Shown: in pieces, positions 37,592 to 51,700 of the stretch
Position numbering within the stretch: position 1 is the first letter of the stretch
Layout of the letters: every line of letters begins with the position of its first letter
DNA from: Rhodosorus marinus CCMP1338
Lineage: Eukaryota; Plantae; Rhodophyta
Assembly (NCBI GenBank): GCA_029953675.1
Contig: JAMWBK010000010.1
Coordinates: 1,550,001-1,614,000 of the forward strand
Reading direction: 5' to 3'
Length of the DNA: 64,000 nucleotides
Notes under the pieces: model-generated
The model's input: only the letters and a program-made list of their open reading frames with translations
The model's database searches: none
What the model was told of the DNA's origin: nothing
Made by a program: the position numbers and the translations under genes

Positions 37592-38167
37592 GTAGAAAAA
37601 GTTCTGGGTTGAAACCGTTGAAGGATCAACTGCTGTTGTGGGGAACGGTCTTGGAATTTCGCTCGAGGCCAGATTCTTGGCCTTCCTTAGGAAGCTGCAT
37701 GGGAAAGCCCCGGTCCTGGAGCCCGTGAATTGACCTTGTACATCTTGCACATAGGAAACAATTTGAGAACTCACTGATAAAACTAGAAACATACTTGCCG
37801 TTGGGCAAGGCAAAGGGTTAGTTTTCTCTACTACTATGCCCAACTTGTTATACTGGGCAAACAGAAACTGAGTCCTCTCGCCCTGTGGCCTCACGGGACG
37901 CAAGAGTTGACATCCACGTCCTTGCGGCAATCCATGGGACACATGGCCGGGGGAATTTTGTTTCACTGAACAAAGAGATGTCTGTCTAACCGCAATGCGT
38001 AGCCTATAAATTCGTGCTTGTGCGATTTTGGAGCGCCTCATGCGCCATGGAGGCCTTACCGATCTGCGCGAGACGCATCCCAATAGATCTCTGCCCACTA
38101 CTGCGCTCCAACCGCTTTACAACAAAGCAACAGTCAAGACTTCTCGAGGAGACTGCTCAAGCCGAGA

Positions 38168-39882
38168 TCAGACTTGCTTGTCGATCGCAACTGACCAAGT
38201 TATGAAGTACTCGAGGATACTGAGAGGGGCGAGTAAGACGTTGATAGGGAACGGCAGTTTGTACCCGCTTCGAAACTGTACCAAGAAGCCCAGTGCAGCC
38301 AGTCCGAAGAAGAGCATCGTGAAGATTGGGCCTCCAGGCTCCATCTGTTAATGTTTTGCGCCACCACGAAGGTGCCAAGAAAGCGACGCGGTCAGAGGCA
38401 AAGCAGCAACGACATAGCACCTCTAGAAAAACAAATCAGCGAAAGACAAGAGTAAGCTCACCCGCACTCTATCGACGTATCCCCGCCGTGAGACGTAGGA
38501 CATCAGTCCAAGCAGAAACATTTCAGATCCACGAATGCTGCTGTAGAATGAGTTCACCACTCGAGCAATTGTCCTGCATACATCCAAAAGCAAGAATTTG
38601 AGAAATCAATCGGATGGGCGTTTCAGCTTCGTGCTATGCTGGAATTCGGCAACTTGTGGATGCCCGGAACAACGAACACGCGTAAGTGGACCTCGACGCG
38701 CCGCAAATTGTCCGCTGACAGAAGGCCCGAAGAACGAATGGGGGCGTGAAGACTGTACGTACCAGGCAATCGACACTCCAAACATGCGAAACCCGTACTT
38801 AATGGTAACGGGAGCCCAGCGATCGTATTCAGATGGGAGAACACCTGTGTTATAAAGTTCCGGAGGAACGCCCGTCCTTTTTCAGATCGGGAAAATCCTT
38901 TTCCTCTTTGTTTTTGTCATGTCTCAATACAGCTTAACGCATGTTGATCATGCACGAAGCCACCCCTTACCTTGAATTAGCTTGGAAAGTATCGGGCCGA
39001 CTGTCTTATTGAGCGCGTCTCCGATGGAGGCACCAATCGCAATGTACTGAGCGAACCGGGATTTGAGCGTTGCAATAACAGCTAACCATCCTTGAAGAAG
39101 GCCTTCCACGGCCGCAAAGACCTGACACATCATGGCACAAATGGCGTAAAAGGGGAACTCTGTTATAGAACTTCTCCACTTGAAAATGAATGTTGTGAAG
39201 TGAGGATCAGGATGTCAATGGCTTGCCAACCTCTTCAGGGTTAACGGATTTGAAGAAAATTGAAACCCGCCTGCTTAAGAGCTCCTGCGCTTGCATTTGC
39301 TGGACGTCTGCGATTCCATCCCGATTTTCGTCCTGTTGATTGTCCTTGCGGAAAGCATCGAGCGCAGCCCTGAAGTTCGAATGGAGTGCCATGACGTTCG
39401 CTTTGACTTTTTCAAACCCGAACAATCTTGCAGGCAGTGAACGATAGCCATACATCTGTGAGTTGAATTCGTTTTCTAAATGCATCCATCCCGTGGATCC
39501 ATGGCAGATATAGCTTACCGGAAAGCTTCTACTGCCGATGTGAGCATCATGTACGTGCCTCCGAAGAAGCATAAGATGAAGCCAAACAAGGCGGGCATGA
39601 AATCTTCGGGGTGGTACGGTTGTATGAACCTGATAAAGCTTTGAACCGTCTGCTCCACAACAGGCATGGATTAGCGGGATCCACGATTTGCAACAGTCTA
39701 GGAGCAAGTGCACCTCAGTTCATTCCTCTATCCTCACGTGCGCGGATTCTCACCTCGTAGATAAAGTCAAACAGGGGAGCCAGATCGTCAAGGATGTCTA
39801 AGGCCTTATTTATGATCGGAGCAGCGGACTTTGCAACATCTTGCACTGGTCCTCGGGGCGCTGTCTCTGTCGCGCCACTCAT
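38168..39882 (-). CDS. Conserved uncharacterised multi-pass membrane protein with a DxNxDG loop
   Basis: Spliced model: MSGATET..|..ALFGFILCFFGGTYMMLTSAVEAFR|..DENRDGIADVQQ..ELLSR..|..GWLAVIATLKSRFAQYIAIGASI..|..PSEYDRWAP..SIAW|TIARVVNSFYSSIRG..|..GFLVQFRSGYKLPFPINVLLAPLSILEYFITW. I recall this pattern from uncharacterised protist proteins. Confidence 0.75.
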
Positions 39883-41187
39883 CGTTTCGCACGCCTCCCA
39901 AGCCTACACCTTCTTGACTATTATCTTGCAAGAATCTTCCGCGAGGCAAAACAAAGGAATTCTGGTAAGCTCGCAAGATCAAACCACGTGAAACCAAACC
40001 AGGGCGTTCCTCAGGGTTGGGAATGTCCACTTGGGATCGACCGCACGCTTTGTTGCAGCCTGCTCAAAGGATAAAGCCCACCACATTTTCAGTCATTTTC
40101 TGAGATATTAATACGATTCACTAACGTCAAAAAAACTATCTAGAATCAAACTTTATTCAATGTTTTAGTATGCCGTATCGAACAAACGGACCTCGGGCGA
40201 TATGAGAATGTCGTAAATAAACCCAATTCTATTCAACCTATCAATCTAACTGTAAAAACAGTACCCGATCCGAATTCAGGACACGTGGAAATTATAGATT
40301 GGTGAACAGATAAAGGATTCTAGAAGAGAATTTCGACTAGAAAGTACATGACAGCTGGCCTGTACTATTAGTACAACACGAAATGTTGCCGTTATGCGCT
40401 CATGTTTTTTGAACCAAGTTCATAACGGTCATATGGGCCCTGCACAAATTTTTTTTGGCTTTTCTTACTAGGAAAAGCAACCTCAGCTCGTTTCGTTTTA
40501 AAAAAACCGTTAAGCTGGGGATTTGGTTGGTTCCCAACACGTGCTTAAGAAGTAATTATATATTGTATTCTAATGTATGGCATATATCTTTGTTTTAAAC
40601 GGACCGAAGAGAAAAGGGACTCCTCTTTTCAATTGCCGTAATTGGGTGTGTGATGTCAAGGAGGCTAAGGGTACGGATACCCCCGGCCTCGAATTGGAAA
40701 TCAGTGACTGGTTGTCGGCTTATCCCAAACTTTAATGGGCATTTTATGCAGTTGACAGGTGCTTGGAGAGAATACCTAAAAAAAAAGATAGAACCACACG
40801 ATAGAACTGGCCGTTGCTCACTAAGAGCTGTTCCTCGTGTGTGTGTTGACTTTCCAAAACAGAATTCGTTTTTGCCTTTTGGCCGAGGTTGCGCAACTTT
40901 ATGTAAACGTTGCAAAAGCTGGCCTCTCTTGTTAAGAATTCTGACGCTACTAAAAAAAGCACGAGATTACCTACTGTTTCTCGTTTACTGAGTGATTGCC
41001 ACAATACTTCAGTGAATAGAATGGCTGGAAAAAAGCGGAGTATCCCGTGCGCCGGGAGTTTCATCTAGGTAGAGATTTGTTCGACTGCCACTAGAGAAGC
41101 AGCGGGAGCGAAGGGGCGTTCAAGTGACCTCGTGGTGAGAGAAGCGAGTTGTTTTGTAGGAAAGAAGGCCGCTGACAAGTGCAAAGT

Positions 41188-41969
41188 ATGGATTTATCGG
41201 AAGACAAAGAGAACTACAACCAGCTGACTGCATCTGTGAGATTTCAGGATGCGTTGAGCCCGAAGAACAACGATGCAACTCCTAGTTTTCTCAAGGAATT
41301 GGAAGAATCCAAAGAATACGATCACGCTGGGAACGTCGTTGATGACCAAGTGGATGTACCGGATAGACTAACAAAGAGTCTCGGTGTCAAGAGCGTTGTC
41401 GATGATCTGCAGCGGTTCTCCATCCATGTAAGCTACTCTTCTTTCGCCCTGAGCTCTCTCCAAGGCAAATCGGCTGACCAATGTATATTTCCTCGTTCTC
41501 TTTCGAAAGGTTGGCCAGCAGATCATGCAGGGCAGTGGTGTTGGAGAGCGATTTGAGGGTCCTCTTTGGGTGAGATCAAGACCAATTTTCGGCAGATGGA
41601 AAAAGTTTTTTGGGTCTATTGCCGTGCACAATCAATTTGGGCCCGTGCTTTTCATGTTCAGGTACTAGTAACTGCCTAATCGGTCAACAGCAGAAACAGC
41701 CTGTTCCACACAACAACTAGCAATCTGACGAGGTTCATGTTCCGGTTTGCTTTTCTCTGGCCAGCTTCGATCACAGGGGGGGAATTCGTCTCCGCGACAG
41801 TGTTCTCATTGTTCTCACTGGAGCTCAGGTCCGGAGCGGTAGATCCATTAGCAATTCACAACACACTTTCAAAATCAAGACCGATAAGAAGAAGTGGATG
41901 TTCAGTTGCCGGGACTTAACGAAGCGAGACCACTGGATGCAGGAACTTTCCCTCATGTCTGCGATGTGA
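41188..41969 (+). CDS. Small PH-domain protein
   Basis: Acidic N-terminal exon, then RFEGPLWVRSRPIFGRWKKFFG (PH beta1-beta2) and final exon KWMFSCRDLTKRDHWMQEL* (PH C-terminal Trp helix). Confidence 0.7.
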
Positions 41970-42320
41970 TGTACATGAACTACTGGAAGCGCTTTTTTGG
42001 GCGACAGCCGTCGCAGGAACAGATTAAATATAAGCATGTTTATTTTTGGGATACCTCAAACGTACAAAGAGCTGACAAGAATCAGAACTAAACAGATCGA
42101 CTGCAGTGTTTCTGTCCACTACTTCCTGGCTCGGAGCGCTCGCGCGCACCGAAGTCTCGGCTGCGTGTTCATACTCTGGTTTGTCACCGTCTTTGCAAAC
42201 CATGTTATCAACAGCTTCCCGCCATTTGCATTGGAGAATGATTAAGCCCCACGTCCTTCGGTCTGTAGCTGTCAGGGACGCTCGCGTTTCGTTCGAACCA
42301 TCCAGTGCTGGCTTCTTCGT

Positions 42321-44010
42321 TTATGAAGAGGCTTCGGATTGTACTTCCATAGGAACCTCCATGGGAACTTCCATAGGGGCTTCCTCATAGCGATTCCTCC
42401 TCTTGTCCATAAGTAGTGCAAATGTGATCCATACGACCATTAGCAGAGAGAGGCCTCCGAACACAAACAGGACAATTGCTAAGTATAAGTTGCTTCCGGC
42501 ATCCAGATAGTTCAGCTGCTGCATGAAGATAAATTTTTCACCATCAAACTCTGACACAGGAAAAGCTGCGAAGGCAGATAAAGGACGAAGAAAAATTCGA
42601 TTAGCCTTTTAGCATTTAGGAGTGCGCGTTCATTTCGGCGTCGACGCTGTGCCAGTCCATTTCTAGCGCCCTTGCTAACCGGATCCGATTTGAACGTAAT
42701 ATGTGCCTGCTGCTAGATCTTCTTCTATGCGGTACAAGGCTTTTAGAAGTGTCGGAAAAGTTGATGCCCGCATCCATGAGATGAAGTTAACGCTGGTAAT
42801 GAAGTCGTTCACTGCTGTGGTGTAACCGCCATCCGACGGTCCGGGCAGATACAAGTCGTCAACCTCGTACTCCCTAGTCAATCCGGTCTGGCTTACCTGC
42901 GAGAGAGATCAGGCGAGTGCAGCATGCTCAGAACAGGGGTCTCATACCGGCTTCACTAGGATCTCGAGAGAGGCTTACGTACACTCACTGGGTCAGTCAA
43001 TTCGCTATCCTTGAACAGCGCCAAGGTATCTAGAATTCATGCAGGAAAGCACCAAGCAGAGGTTAGCACGAGGAGTCTTCAAAAGTTGGCTTGGTGAATT
43101 CCAAGAGTACCGTTGAAAATACTGAAGGGCAAAACCCCGCAGGGAAGAAGAATGTCTGGTTCCTGCGTGGCAAAGGGTTCGGGAGGGGAGGTTGGACCGG
43201 ACGTGATTCGCGGATCGCACATGTCCTCATACCCATCAGGAGCGGGAAATTCTCCTCGAAGCTGCTGAACCGAGAACGATGTTTTGTAAGTCCTCACGCC
43301 CTGTGTTATTCAATGAGGCAGAAAAGTCGTTAGCGGTGAGTTCTGAACATGCCACGGCGTCCGAGTCTTCTTCAGGGTTACCTGGAAGAAGAACCTTAAG
43401 CCGTAGTAGAAAACGGTAGGGCTGGTCACTGGCTCTTCCAGAGTTAGCGTCACAGTGCAGTTCTTAACACCTGAGAACATGGGGCCGACATCGCACTGCT
43501 CGATATTGTCGTAGCGAACACGATCTGTGGTAACTACCTACGTACATGTTCCAAGTTTCGAGTCAGACGTTGGAAGAGATAGGAATCCGATTTCTTCCTA
43601 GGCACCTGCTTGCGTGCGGATTACGACCCTACCTGGGTTTCCCCAACGACTACGACAACACCTAAGGTTGTTAGCGCGACGAACATGACTGCGTACATCA
43701 GCAGCAGATGCTTCGGGTATACATAGAAGTTGAATTCATACATTTGATGCTGCCAGAATCTGTGTTCTGATTCGTTCGTTGCATTGTGATAAATCCAAAC
43801 CGCGGGCGGAGAGCTGTTGTCAGCAAGAAGAACAACAACCAGACTAGTGGATGTACGTCTACTAGCAGCGAGGACTAGATAATCATCTTCAAACATACCA
43901 AATCGTTTCCATCCTGCCAAACCACCTTTGCCCAGACACGGACCAAAATTTTTCTCACAGCATAGGCAACCGCAGCAAGCGTCGAACCCATCCTCCTGCT
44001 CCTGCTCCAT
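42321..44010 (-). CDS. CDC50: CDC50/LEM3 (ALA-interacting) P4-ATPase subunit
   Basis: FWQHQM..TM1; Y..SFSVQQLRG; LLPCGVLPFSIFN; NFISWMRASTFPTLLKALYRIEEDL..GTYYVQI; FDGEKFI..G.NLYLAIVLFVFGG (TM2). Confidence 0.9.
42343..42378. repeat. 12-bp tandem repeat x3 encoding MEVP-MEVP-MEVQ in the CDC50 tail
   Basis: ACTTCCATAGGA ACCTCCATGGGA ACTTCCATAGGG. Confidence 0.85.
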
Positions 44011-44849
44011 CCTTAAGCGCCTCTTCTTACCCCTCCAAAATCCAATAACCAAACTCAAATTGTTAAGCGCTTATGCCGAAAACATGCGAGATCGTGCTGC
44101 CCTTCCCCTCCCGCACTGGCGTGGCGATCTGTTCGAACTGACCCCCCCAGTTGCAGCAATCCGTAGCTAAAGGTCATACAGCGATCAGTGGAATAAGCGA
44201 TTCTGCATTTTTCTGACCATCAGAGGGGATGGCTATTGCACGTGATCGAAAACCGCGAACCCGAGATACCAGAATCTGGTAATTGCCCAGCTAGATTCAG
44301 CTTATTTCTTAAGCAAAACCGAATTCATGGGTGAAAAAGCGCAATAGGCAGCTCCTAGGTGATGATGGGTTCTGGAATAGTGATTCTGGAGCTACGATGT
44401 CAAATACATGAGCAGGATGAGGCACGATTTTGATCCAACGATTTGAGCACTGGTCTTCTCGATTTGTTTGTTGTTTCTCATACGTTTTCGATGCGTGGGT
44501 TTGCTGCTGGCTGCTGGTAAACACTACTCAGCGGGCACCAAGTTGCAAGTCTGCTTCTCGGTTATTTGCAGGTTTCGCTCATTGCCAAATCTTCAGACGA
44601 TGATGTTACAGCTTTCTTGACGAGTACGCATAGACAAAAGACAAGAGTGCCCTTGTGGATTGTATCCAAAAGATCGCGGTCCTTAACAGTCCGACCGGAC
44701 ATGTACGTTGAGAGAGAGAAAGAAAAGTGCAGCTTTGGCGCGTATGAGCGTCAAGAAAGCCAAGAGGATCTGTCTATTCGACGAATTCGGGTATTTCCGA
44801 TACGCAACTGAAAAACCATCCAAGCTCGGTCGGACATCAGAAGAGACAC

Positions 44850-45816
44850 TCAGAGCTTCCGAGGTCTACCTTCCACCATTACAGATCGCCGAACTCCTGC
44901 AACTTTTTTACCGTCGTTGATACTAGTTTTTTGGGCGATGAAAACACCGCATGATTCAAGTACCTCATCAAACTCCTCCTCGTACGTTACACTGCCAAAG
45001 TCTATGGATGTCCAGTAGCTCAACCTAGGCTTCAACCATTCCAAAAACCTGCGTCAAGTGATCGGTTCATGTAGTTTGGGGTGAAATGCGCTGTCAGTGG
45101 GCTTGCATCAGCTGCAGTCTGTACAGGACGAAGCGACCACTTACGGATTTTGCTTTTCTTCAAATGTCTGCGTAAAGAAAATTCTCCCTCTGTGACCATC
45201 TTTCAGGAACGTGATAACCCTCTTCAAAGCTGCTGGCTTGTCGGGAAGAATCATGAAGCTCCCGCTAAAGTAAACGGCATCGAAAATTTTGGCTCCTGTC
45301 CGTAGCGTGAGAAAACTTGGTTGAAGGCCTCCTGAGTTTTCTCACGTATGACTCGATGATCTCACCTTCGCTGGACTTTGGTCTAAAATCATAGATGCTA
45401 TCATGGACAACGCTAACCCAGTGCTCTAAATGCTTTTCCGCAATCTCTTTCTTGCATTTCAGAACATAAGACTCATCATAGTCAACGCCAGTCACCCGAA
45501 TCTTCTTTTCCAGGATTTGATTCGCATTCCGCATAAGTGCCGTCCCAGTTCCGATGCCCACGTCTGTGAAGGAGAACAACGAATGCAAGTAACATTTCAG
45601 CATTATCGGCCTAGTAGCGATGGTGTTTTATGTAACATAGGTTCTTGCGTCCACTAAACAAGGCCAGGGCTTACCGAGAATATGTGCCCCTTCGGGCAAC
45701 CGGTTCAAAACGGCCGAATACCATTTGGCCGTAAAAGAAACAATGCAGAAATTGTATACGGATGAGCGCGCCTCATCTCTTAAATTCGCAATCGCTCTCC
45801 AAAGTTCCTCTAACAT
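44850..45816 (-). CDS. Class I SAM-dependent methyltransferase
   Basis: WYSAVLNRLPEGAHIL|DVGIGTG (motif I), VTGVDYD (motif II), VHDSIYDF, YFSGSFMILPD, IFFTQTFE, TSIDFGSVTYE; GT-AG introns. Confidence 0.85.
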
Positions 45817-46025
45817 CTTATGTCTGCGTGCACTGATCTCCAACAGCCAGTGCTTGCCCTAAGCTTGATCACCAACAAGGAAACGAACGACTCGAACGGA
45901 TAAACGAAATCCTGACGGGGACGCAGCTATAACAGGATCGATCTTGGAGATGCTATGGCCGAGGGTCAAGTAAAGCCAACTGGAAAGAAGTTGAAACGGC
46001 TGAATTTTGAGTCGCTGAGTTCAGA

Positions 46026-47577
46026 ATGGAAGACAGACCGCGGGCTCAAGGTGATAAGCCCGGCTCGATGGGGCGACCGCCGTTCCCACCTCGGGTTGCA
46101 CCCAGACAACTCGACGCCGTTGATCAGAAGCTAAGAGCGGAAAGTTTAGCGGTTGGAGCGGAGGACTACCGCTCGTTACCAGATGGCGACTTTTCTCCTA
46201 CCGAATGGACCGCAGCTTTCGATGAGAAAGCTGACGTCGAGGTAGATGGAATTACTGGATCATTTCGATGTTACTTTTCAGGTTCGCACGCTCTCCGCTG
46301 CTTTTCGTCATGCTCCTTTGACATGTTCCGCGCTAAATTGATGTGATTCGTCTATTCAAGGAAATAGAGATCGAAACATAGCTCTGATCTTCCTGCACGG
46401 CGGTGGTCAATCTGCGCTCTCCTGGGGAGTGTGTAGCCGCCAGCTAAAAGAGCAGTTAAGGGATTCCGATGTTCAGCTTGTAGCGTATGATGCACGAGGA
46501 CATGGAGCAACTACGGCCATTCCCGAGGACGACTTGAGCGCTGAGCGAATGGTGGAAGATGCAGTACAGCTGATCCATACCCTTTTCTCGAATCGACATG
46601 AATCTCACCAAATTGTCCTTGTTGGACATAGCATGGTGAGCGGTAGTGGAGCGAGTCCTACAAGCGGAGAAAATTCGTTCAAGATACTGACGAGAGGAAC
46701 GGTCTTCAAATCAACGCGATAATCCGGTGAGATTTCAGGGAGCGGCCGTTGCCACTCGAGTAGCAATCAGGACGGATTTGGGAGTTGAGTTGCGGGGACT
46801 TGTAAATATCGACGTAGTTGAAGGGACGGCCATGGACGCCCTACCACATATGAGCGTGAGCTTCCCTACTCCTTCGCATGCGTGCCGTCCTGGTGTGAAG
46901 GTTTTAGAGGCAATTTATTGGTCAGAGCCAATCAGGACGGACTAATGACAGCCACTTGATCTTACTCCTCAGATCTCGTTCGTTCCATATTGCCAAGGCT
47001 TTTTTACATCTCCGGCCAGCGAGTTTCAAGACCCAAAATGAGGCTATCAAATACATGGTGACCAGCGGCCAGCTCCGAAAATTGGAAAGTGCAAAGCTGA
47101 GCGTCGCCCCGCAACTTCGCTTCGAAGTTGAAAGAGGGGTTTATGGCTGGAGGACTGATTTAGAGGTACGTAGTGCTGTGCCTAGCGCCTAGCCCTTCAA
47201 TATACCGTTTCAGTCTCATAGTTTCCGAGATTGTCCTTCCATAGGCGACAGGAAAACATTGGAAAGGCTGGTTTTCGGGAATGAGCCAGCTTTTCTTGTC
47301 AGTTCCAGTGATGAAGCTGCTTGTGCTTGCAGGTGTAGATCGACTAGACAAGGCTCTGATGATTGCTCACATGCAAGGTATATGCTGCTGCTCATAATTG
47401 TGGGACCGTCAAGCCTTGGAAAGACCGTTTCTAAACAGTTGTCCCCCCGACAAATGCACAGGCAAGTTTCAAAATCATGTTATACCTACAGCAGGCCATG
47501 CTGTGCATGAGGACGAGCCTGAGGCCGTCTCGCAGTTGCTTACATCATTCATGCAGAGAAACCGTCTCTTGCAATGA
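46026..47577 (+). CDS. PPME1: Protein phosphatase methylesterase 1
   Basis: LHGGGQSALSW, AYDARGHG, LVGHSM|G, IDVVEGTAMDAL, RPASF, WRTDL, WFSGMSQLFL, LLVLAGVDRLDKALMIAHMQG, GHAVHEDEP. Confidence 0.95.
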
Positions 47578-48785
47578 CTGATCTTCAGCATGCTGTCCAA
47601 AAGTTCCGATATTGTCTTCGAAACTGCGTATTTATCATCTCCAAACCTCCCGTATGGGAGAAGCGCGTTTCTGGGGTTTGCGGTGAAATTGCTTGTCGGC
47701 GAAGAAGTTCTGCTATTCTACGCGAAGGTGCAAAGCCTTTGTGCGCGCTAGTTTCAGGCGTGATCGAAAGGTTGCATCTTAGTAGTCGAAAGCGAATTAA
47801 ACAGGTTCAACGGCTAACCTCCACGAGAGGACAATTCATCTCTGCCCACTCGCTACATTGGTGCAGCAAAGAAACGCCTACTCCTCGGAGATTCTGCGTG
47901 TTCTCCATGTTGCTATCGCCAAATGGCCACTTGTCGCGTAGTTTATACAGACAGCGCATCCTTCAGGTGCACACGCGTCCAACTTTTGGGCTGGAAAGGA
48001 GTAGCATTTCAGCACCTGTTGGGAGAGCCACAACCGCATCGTAGTCACAAGGGCTCGTAAGTTTCTCAACGTCTTCCACAGCAAATACTTAGTTCAACAC
48101 TTGAATTGGGCCCTGTGCCACTGAAGCAAAGGTGTATGTAGCTCTTTCCACTAGCAGAGTTGAATAATCTGGGGCCACGAATTTCGCTGAATAGTCCTCG
48201 TTCTAAGGTCCTGGAGTGCCAGCATTTCCCTCCCGAGGCAACTTGTGTTTTGTTGTGACCAAGAACCAACAAAGAAACTACCTGAATTCTACCCTAGACG
48301 CCGATTTCGAGGACTGCGGAGACTAGGACAACCGAACCCATAAACAGGAACCACCTCCCGCCTCGGTAAACCAGTGTCTGTGCTCGACTACTCAATTTAT
48401 GGAATGTCCCGCAATCAATTGGTATCGCAATTTCGTTGGATGCATCGCTTTCCGGATAATCATTGTTTCCCTGAGTTTTTGGTTGTTGTCAAAGCAACCG
48501 CAAATGACTCAGAAGCGTTTTTGGGTCCGCAAGGGGGGAGGGGGAATTGATTCGGAAATGTAGGCCATCAGGTGGTCACAGGTAGCATGTGTGGGAGGTA
48601 AGTGGGCGGGGAAGGTGGGTTACGGTTGCTAAAAATTCTAAAATCGATCAGTTGGAACCAGGTGGTGCTTGGCCTAGAAACGCTCGAGACTGTAGGAAGG
48701 CAGACTAGATTTGATCGGCGCTGTAAAGGAGACTTCCGCAACGGTTATACCTTGTCGGCTAGAAAAATGTGTAGAGGGTAGAACA

Positions 48786-51700
48786 ATGACGCCCTTGACG
48801 GATCGAAAGGTCTTTACTTCTTTTCGGTGAGCTTGGCGCAGTGCTGAGGCTTTTTACGCCGTTAGTTTTATCTTAGACTACTGAATGACATCCATGGCTA
48901 CAGGTTCGGGGGATCCGCCACGTCCTCGCTGAAAAAGCTTGCGACTGACAATGGTGCCATACTAGTGAAGGATGTTGGGTCGGCAGATCTAGCTATATTT
49001 CCGTCTTTAGATGATGTAGATGATTTGGAACTAACAAAGGCCCCGGCATCCGCGTTGGTGACAACTCACGTTGTACGTGCAATTTGACTTTTGATGACCT
49101 CTTTCCTGGAGTTGGTCTGTTAACGGATTCGAGTGGAAAGTTCTGGGCTGAACGTGTCTAACATTCTTTGAAATCCTAGGTGGTCATGGAAGCCGTGGAA
49201 AATGAACTGGAGCTACCTGCCAGTGGGTTCCTGAGGTTCAATTGTCTGAGAGATTGCTTGATTTCAACGACGGGCTTGTCTAAGGTATGTTGAGGGGGCT
49301 CTATGCCTAGTCTATGGTGTATATATCTACAAAATCTGGAGCGTCTGTTGAACGGGTCGCCCGAGATTTTTGCGCAGGTTGGTTCTTCAGAGGTTGCGAA
49401 GATTGTCCGAGAATTAGGGGGAAAATTTAGCAGGAATTTCAGCTCGGGTACCACGCACCTCATTGCAGAGATAGCAGCATCGGAGAAACATCGGGCTGCT
49501 ATGCGGACCATGAAGCAAGTTGTCTCCAGAGAGTGGATAGAAGAATGTTGGGCGACCGGTCGCCGCGCCGAAGAGAAGGAATTTCCGGTTAAACCGTTAG
49601 CAGGTAGAGTTGCAAGCTACTGCTCCTGTCAGGAGGCTTTGATGCCGCGCGCACAAAACACGGAGACCTTATGATTATATCTCCTTCCTCCGCCTGCTTG
49701 GCGTCCAGGGCTTGTGGTTTCGGCGACTGGGTTGTCCTTCAAGGAGCGAGCTGCCGTCGAGAAGCTTTGCGTGAAACTCGGGGCATCGTTCATGGCCACA
49801 CTTACTCGAGAGGCCTCTCATCTAATTGCTGGAGCTCCAAATGGCCCTAAGTATGACTTTGCAGTCAGGAATCGTATTCGTGTGGTGAGACCGAAGTGGC
49901 TGGACGCGTGCGAAGCGAAGGGGAGTTTTGTGGACGAATCTGAGTTCGAGATCAACGAGCCAAATTCACATCAAGAGGTACGTGAAGACGCTGCGGATGC
50001 TAACTAGTGACCGGGTTTCGTGGACGAACATGTGAAGTTGAAGGCCCAACGCTGATTCCTTCGGGATGACGTTTCTTGATTCAGATCTCCGCGCTTTTTC
50101 TTGACTCCTGTTGTGTGTTTCTTGCTGAAGTCACTCCTATTGAAGAACGCTATCTACTGCGAAAGCTAAGGTCTGGAGGGGCTACGAGGTCTCCTCGACT
50201 GACTGAACAGACCTCTCACGTTGTGGTTGGAGCACAGTTCAACCCGTAAGCTTGGATAATCACCCTCAATCCTTCTTGAATTGCCTTCCACACATCCTTC
50301 TTCTGCCGCCGGCTTGATTATACGGGTTTTCTCTCATGCTCCGTGCTTGTCCGATGGACAGATCTGAAGAAGCCCTGGAAAGGTATCGTGAAGTAACAAA
50401 GTATGGCACCCGCTTCGTTATGTCTCAGTGGTTGGAATCCTGTCTAAGCGCAAAAATGTAAGTTCCCACGCCCAATGCTCAAAAGGAACTTAAGCGATCT
50501 TGGCGTGTCGTGGGCAAGGTTGGCTTATGCAAAAGTAAATTTCTTATAGGAACGTACCCGTCGATGGGTTTGAGGTCGAGCTTGTAAGGCATGAGAAAGC
50601 GACGGATAGTGGCAAACGTCAACGCCGACCAAATCACGTAATGGATGATATGGTGCCACCTTCTGACATTTTCCGTGGCTTGAGAATTGGGGTTCAACAC
50701 GAGGAAGATGCTGCATTGGTGGTTAGGGGCGGTGGCAAAGTATGTCCCACAGTCAATAAGTGATTTACCCTGCAGAGCTCTCACAGCGAGAGCTTCGCAC
50801 CTTTTTGTTGTGTGTGTGTGTGTTTGCCGTTTACCGCTTTCAGGTGATGAGGTACGATTCGGACAGCTTGGCTTTCGAAGGTGTACCGACGCATGTGGTG
50901 CTTGATCATGGATCCCAGAAACTTGCCGCTCAGGGAACCTGTGTTAGTCGCAAATGGTTATCTTCGTGCCTGATGGTGAACTCGCTTCTGCCGGTAGATA
51001 GCAATCGGCTGTACAGCCCAATCACGAGCAAGGTTTGTAATTTTCAAGGAACTTAGCTTCAGAGATGTTGTAGAGATGAGGTCAAACCCGCTGCGTTTCT
51101 TTAGGTCTGATCATCTCCCTGTTTGTGGTTTTTGCACTTGCTCTGCAGCTGCCGATTGCGAAAATGGATCGGATGAATATAACTGTGTCTGGGTTTTACG
51201 TGAAGACTCCTGACGGTTTCCCGCTGCGAGGATCTTTGGCCGCACTTATCCGTCTTCTTGGAGCAACGTTCTCGGAGAGGTTAGAGTTCCCACGGCTGCT
51301 TTCAGCACTCCTTCACGTGTATCTCACTGGTAGTGCTTTTCTTATCGTCTTCTTATTGTGTTGACAGAATGGCGAGAAAAAGCACAACGCAACTCATTTG
51401 TGAAAGCGCTTCCGGAGATAAATATGCTCGTGCTCGGGACTGGGGAATCCCTTGCTTGTCAGTGGACTGGCTCTACTCTTGCGCAGACCATGGGGAGATT
51501 ATGGAGACGCTTCCGTTCATTGTAAGGGCAGAAGCCAGTGGGTAGGAACTAGAATCCACATCCTGTACTGAGTGTTGTACGTTGTCAAGTTTTGAGCAGT
51601 TTTGAGCAGTTGTTATTGACCCATCTCTATGCCGGGTATCATTATTAGGAGTGCCGAGAAAACTGTTGGTGATTCCACCTCCGAGTAAGTAGAGGGACTC

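Noticed and set aside
40640-40695. T-loop-like GGGTACGGATACCCCCGG
   Set aside because: No TTC motif and no matching 5' acceptor strand.
47580-48330. Possible spliced minus-strand gene between PME-1 and TOPBP1
   Set aside because: Splice-like signals exist but I could not assemble a coherent frame or recognise a domain. RNA-seq is needed.
51589-51612. 10-bp tandem duplication GTTTTGAGCA inside the TOPBP1 locus
   Set aside because: Probably at an intron 3' end; too short to interpret without transcripts.
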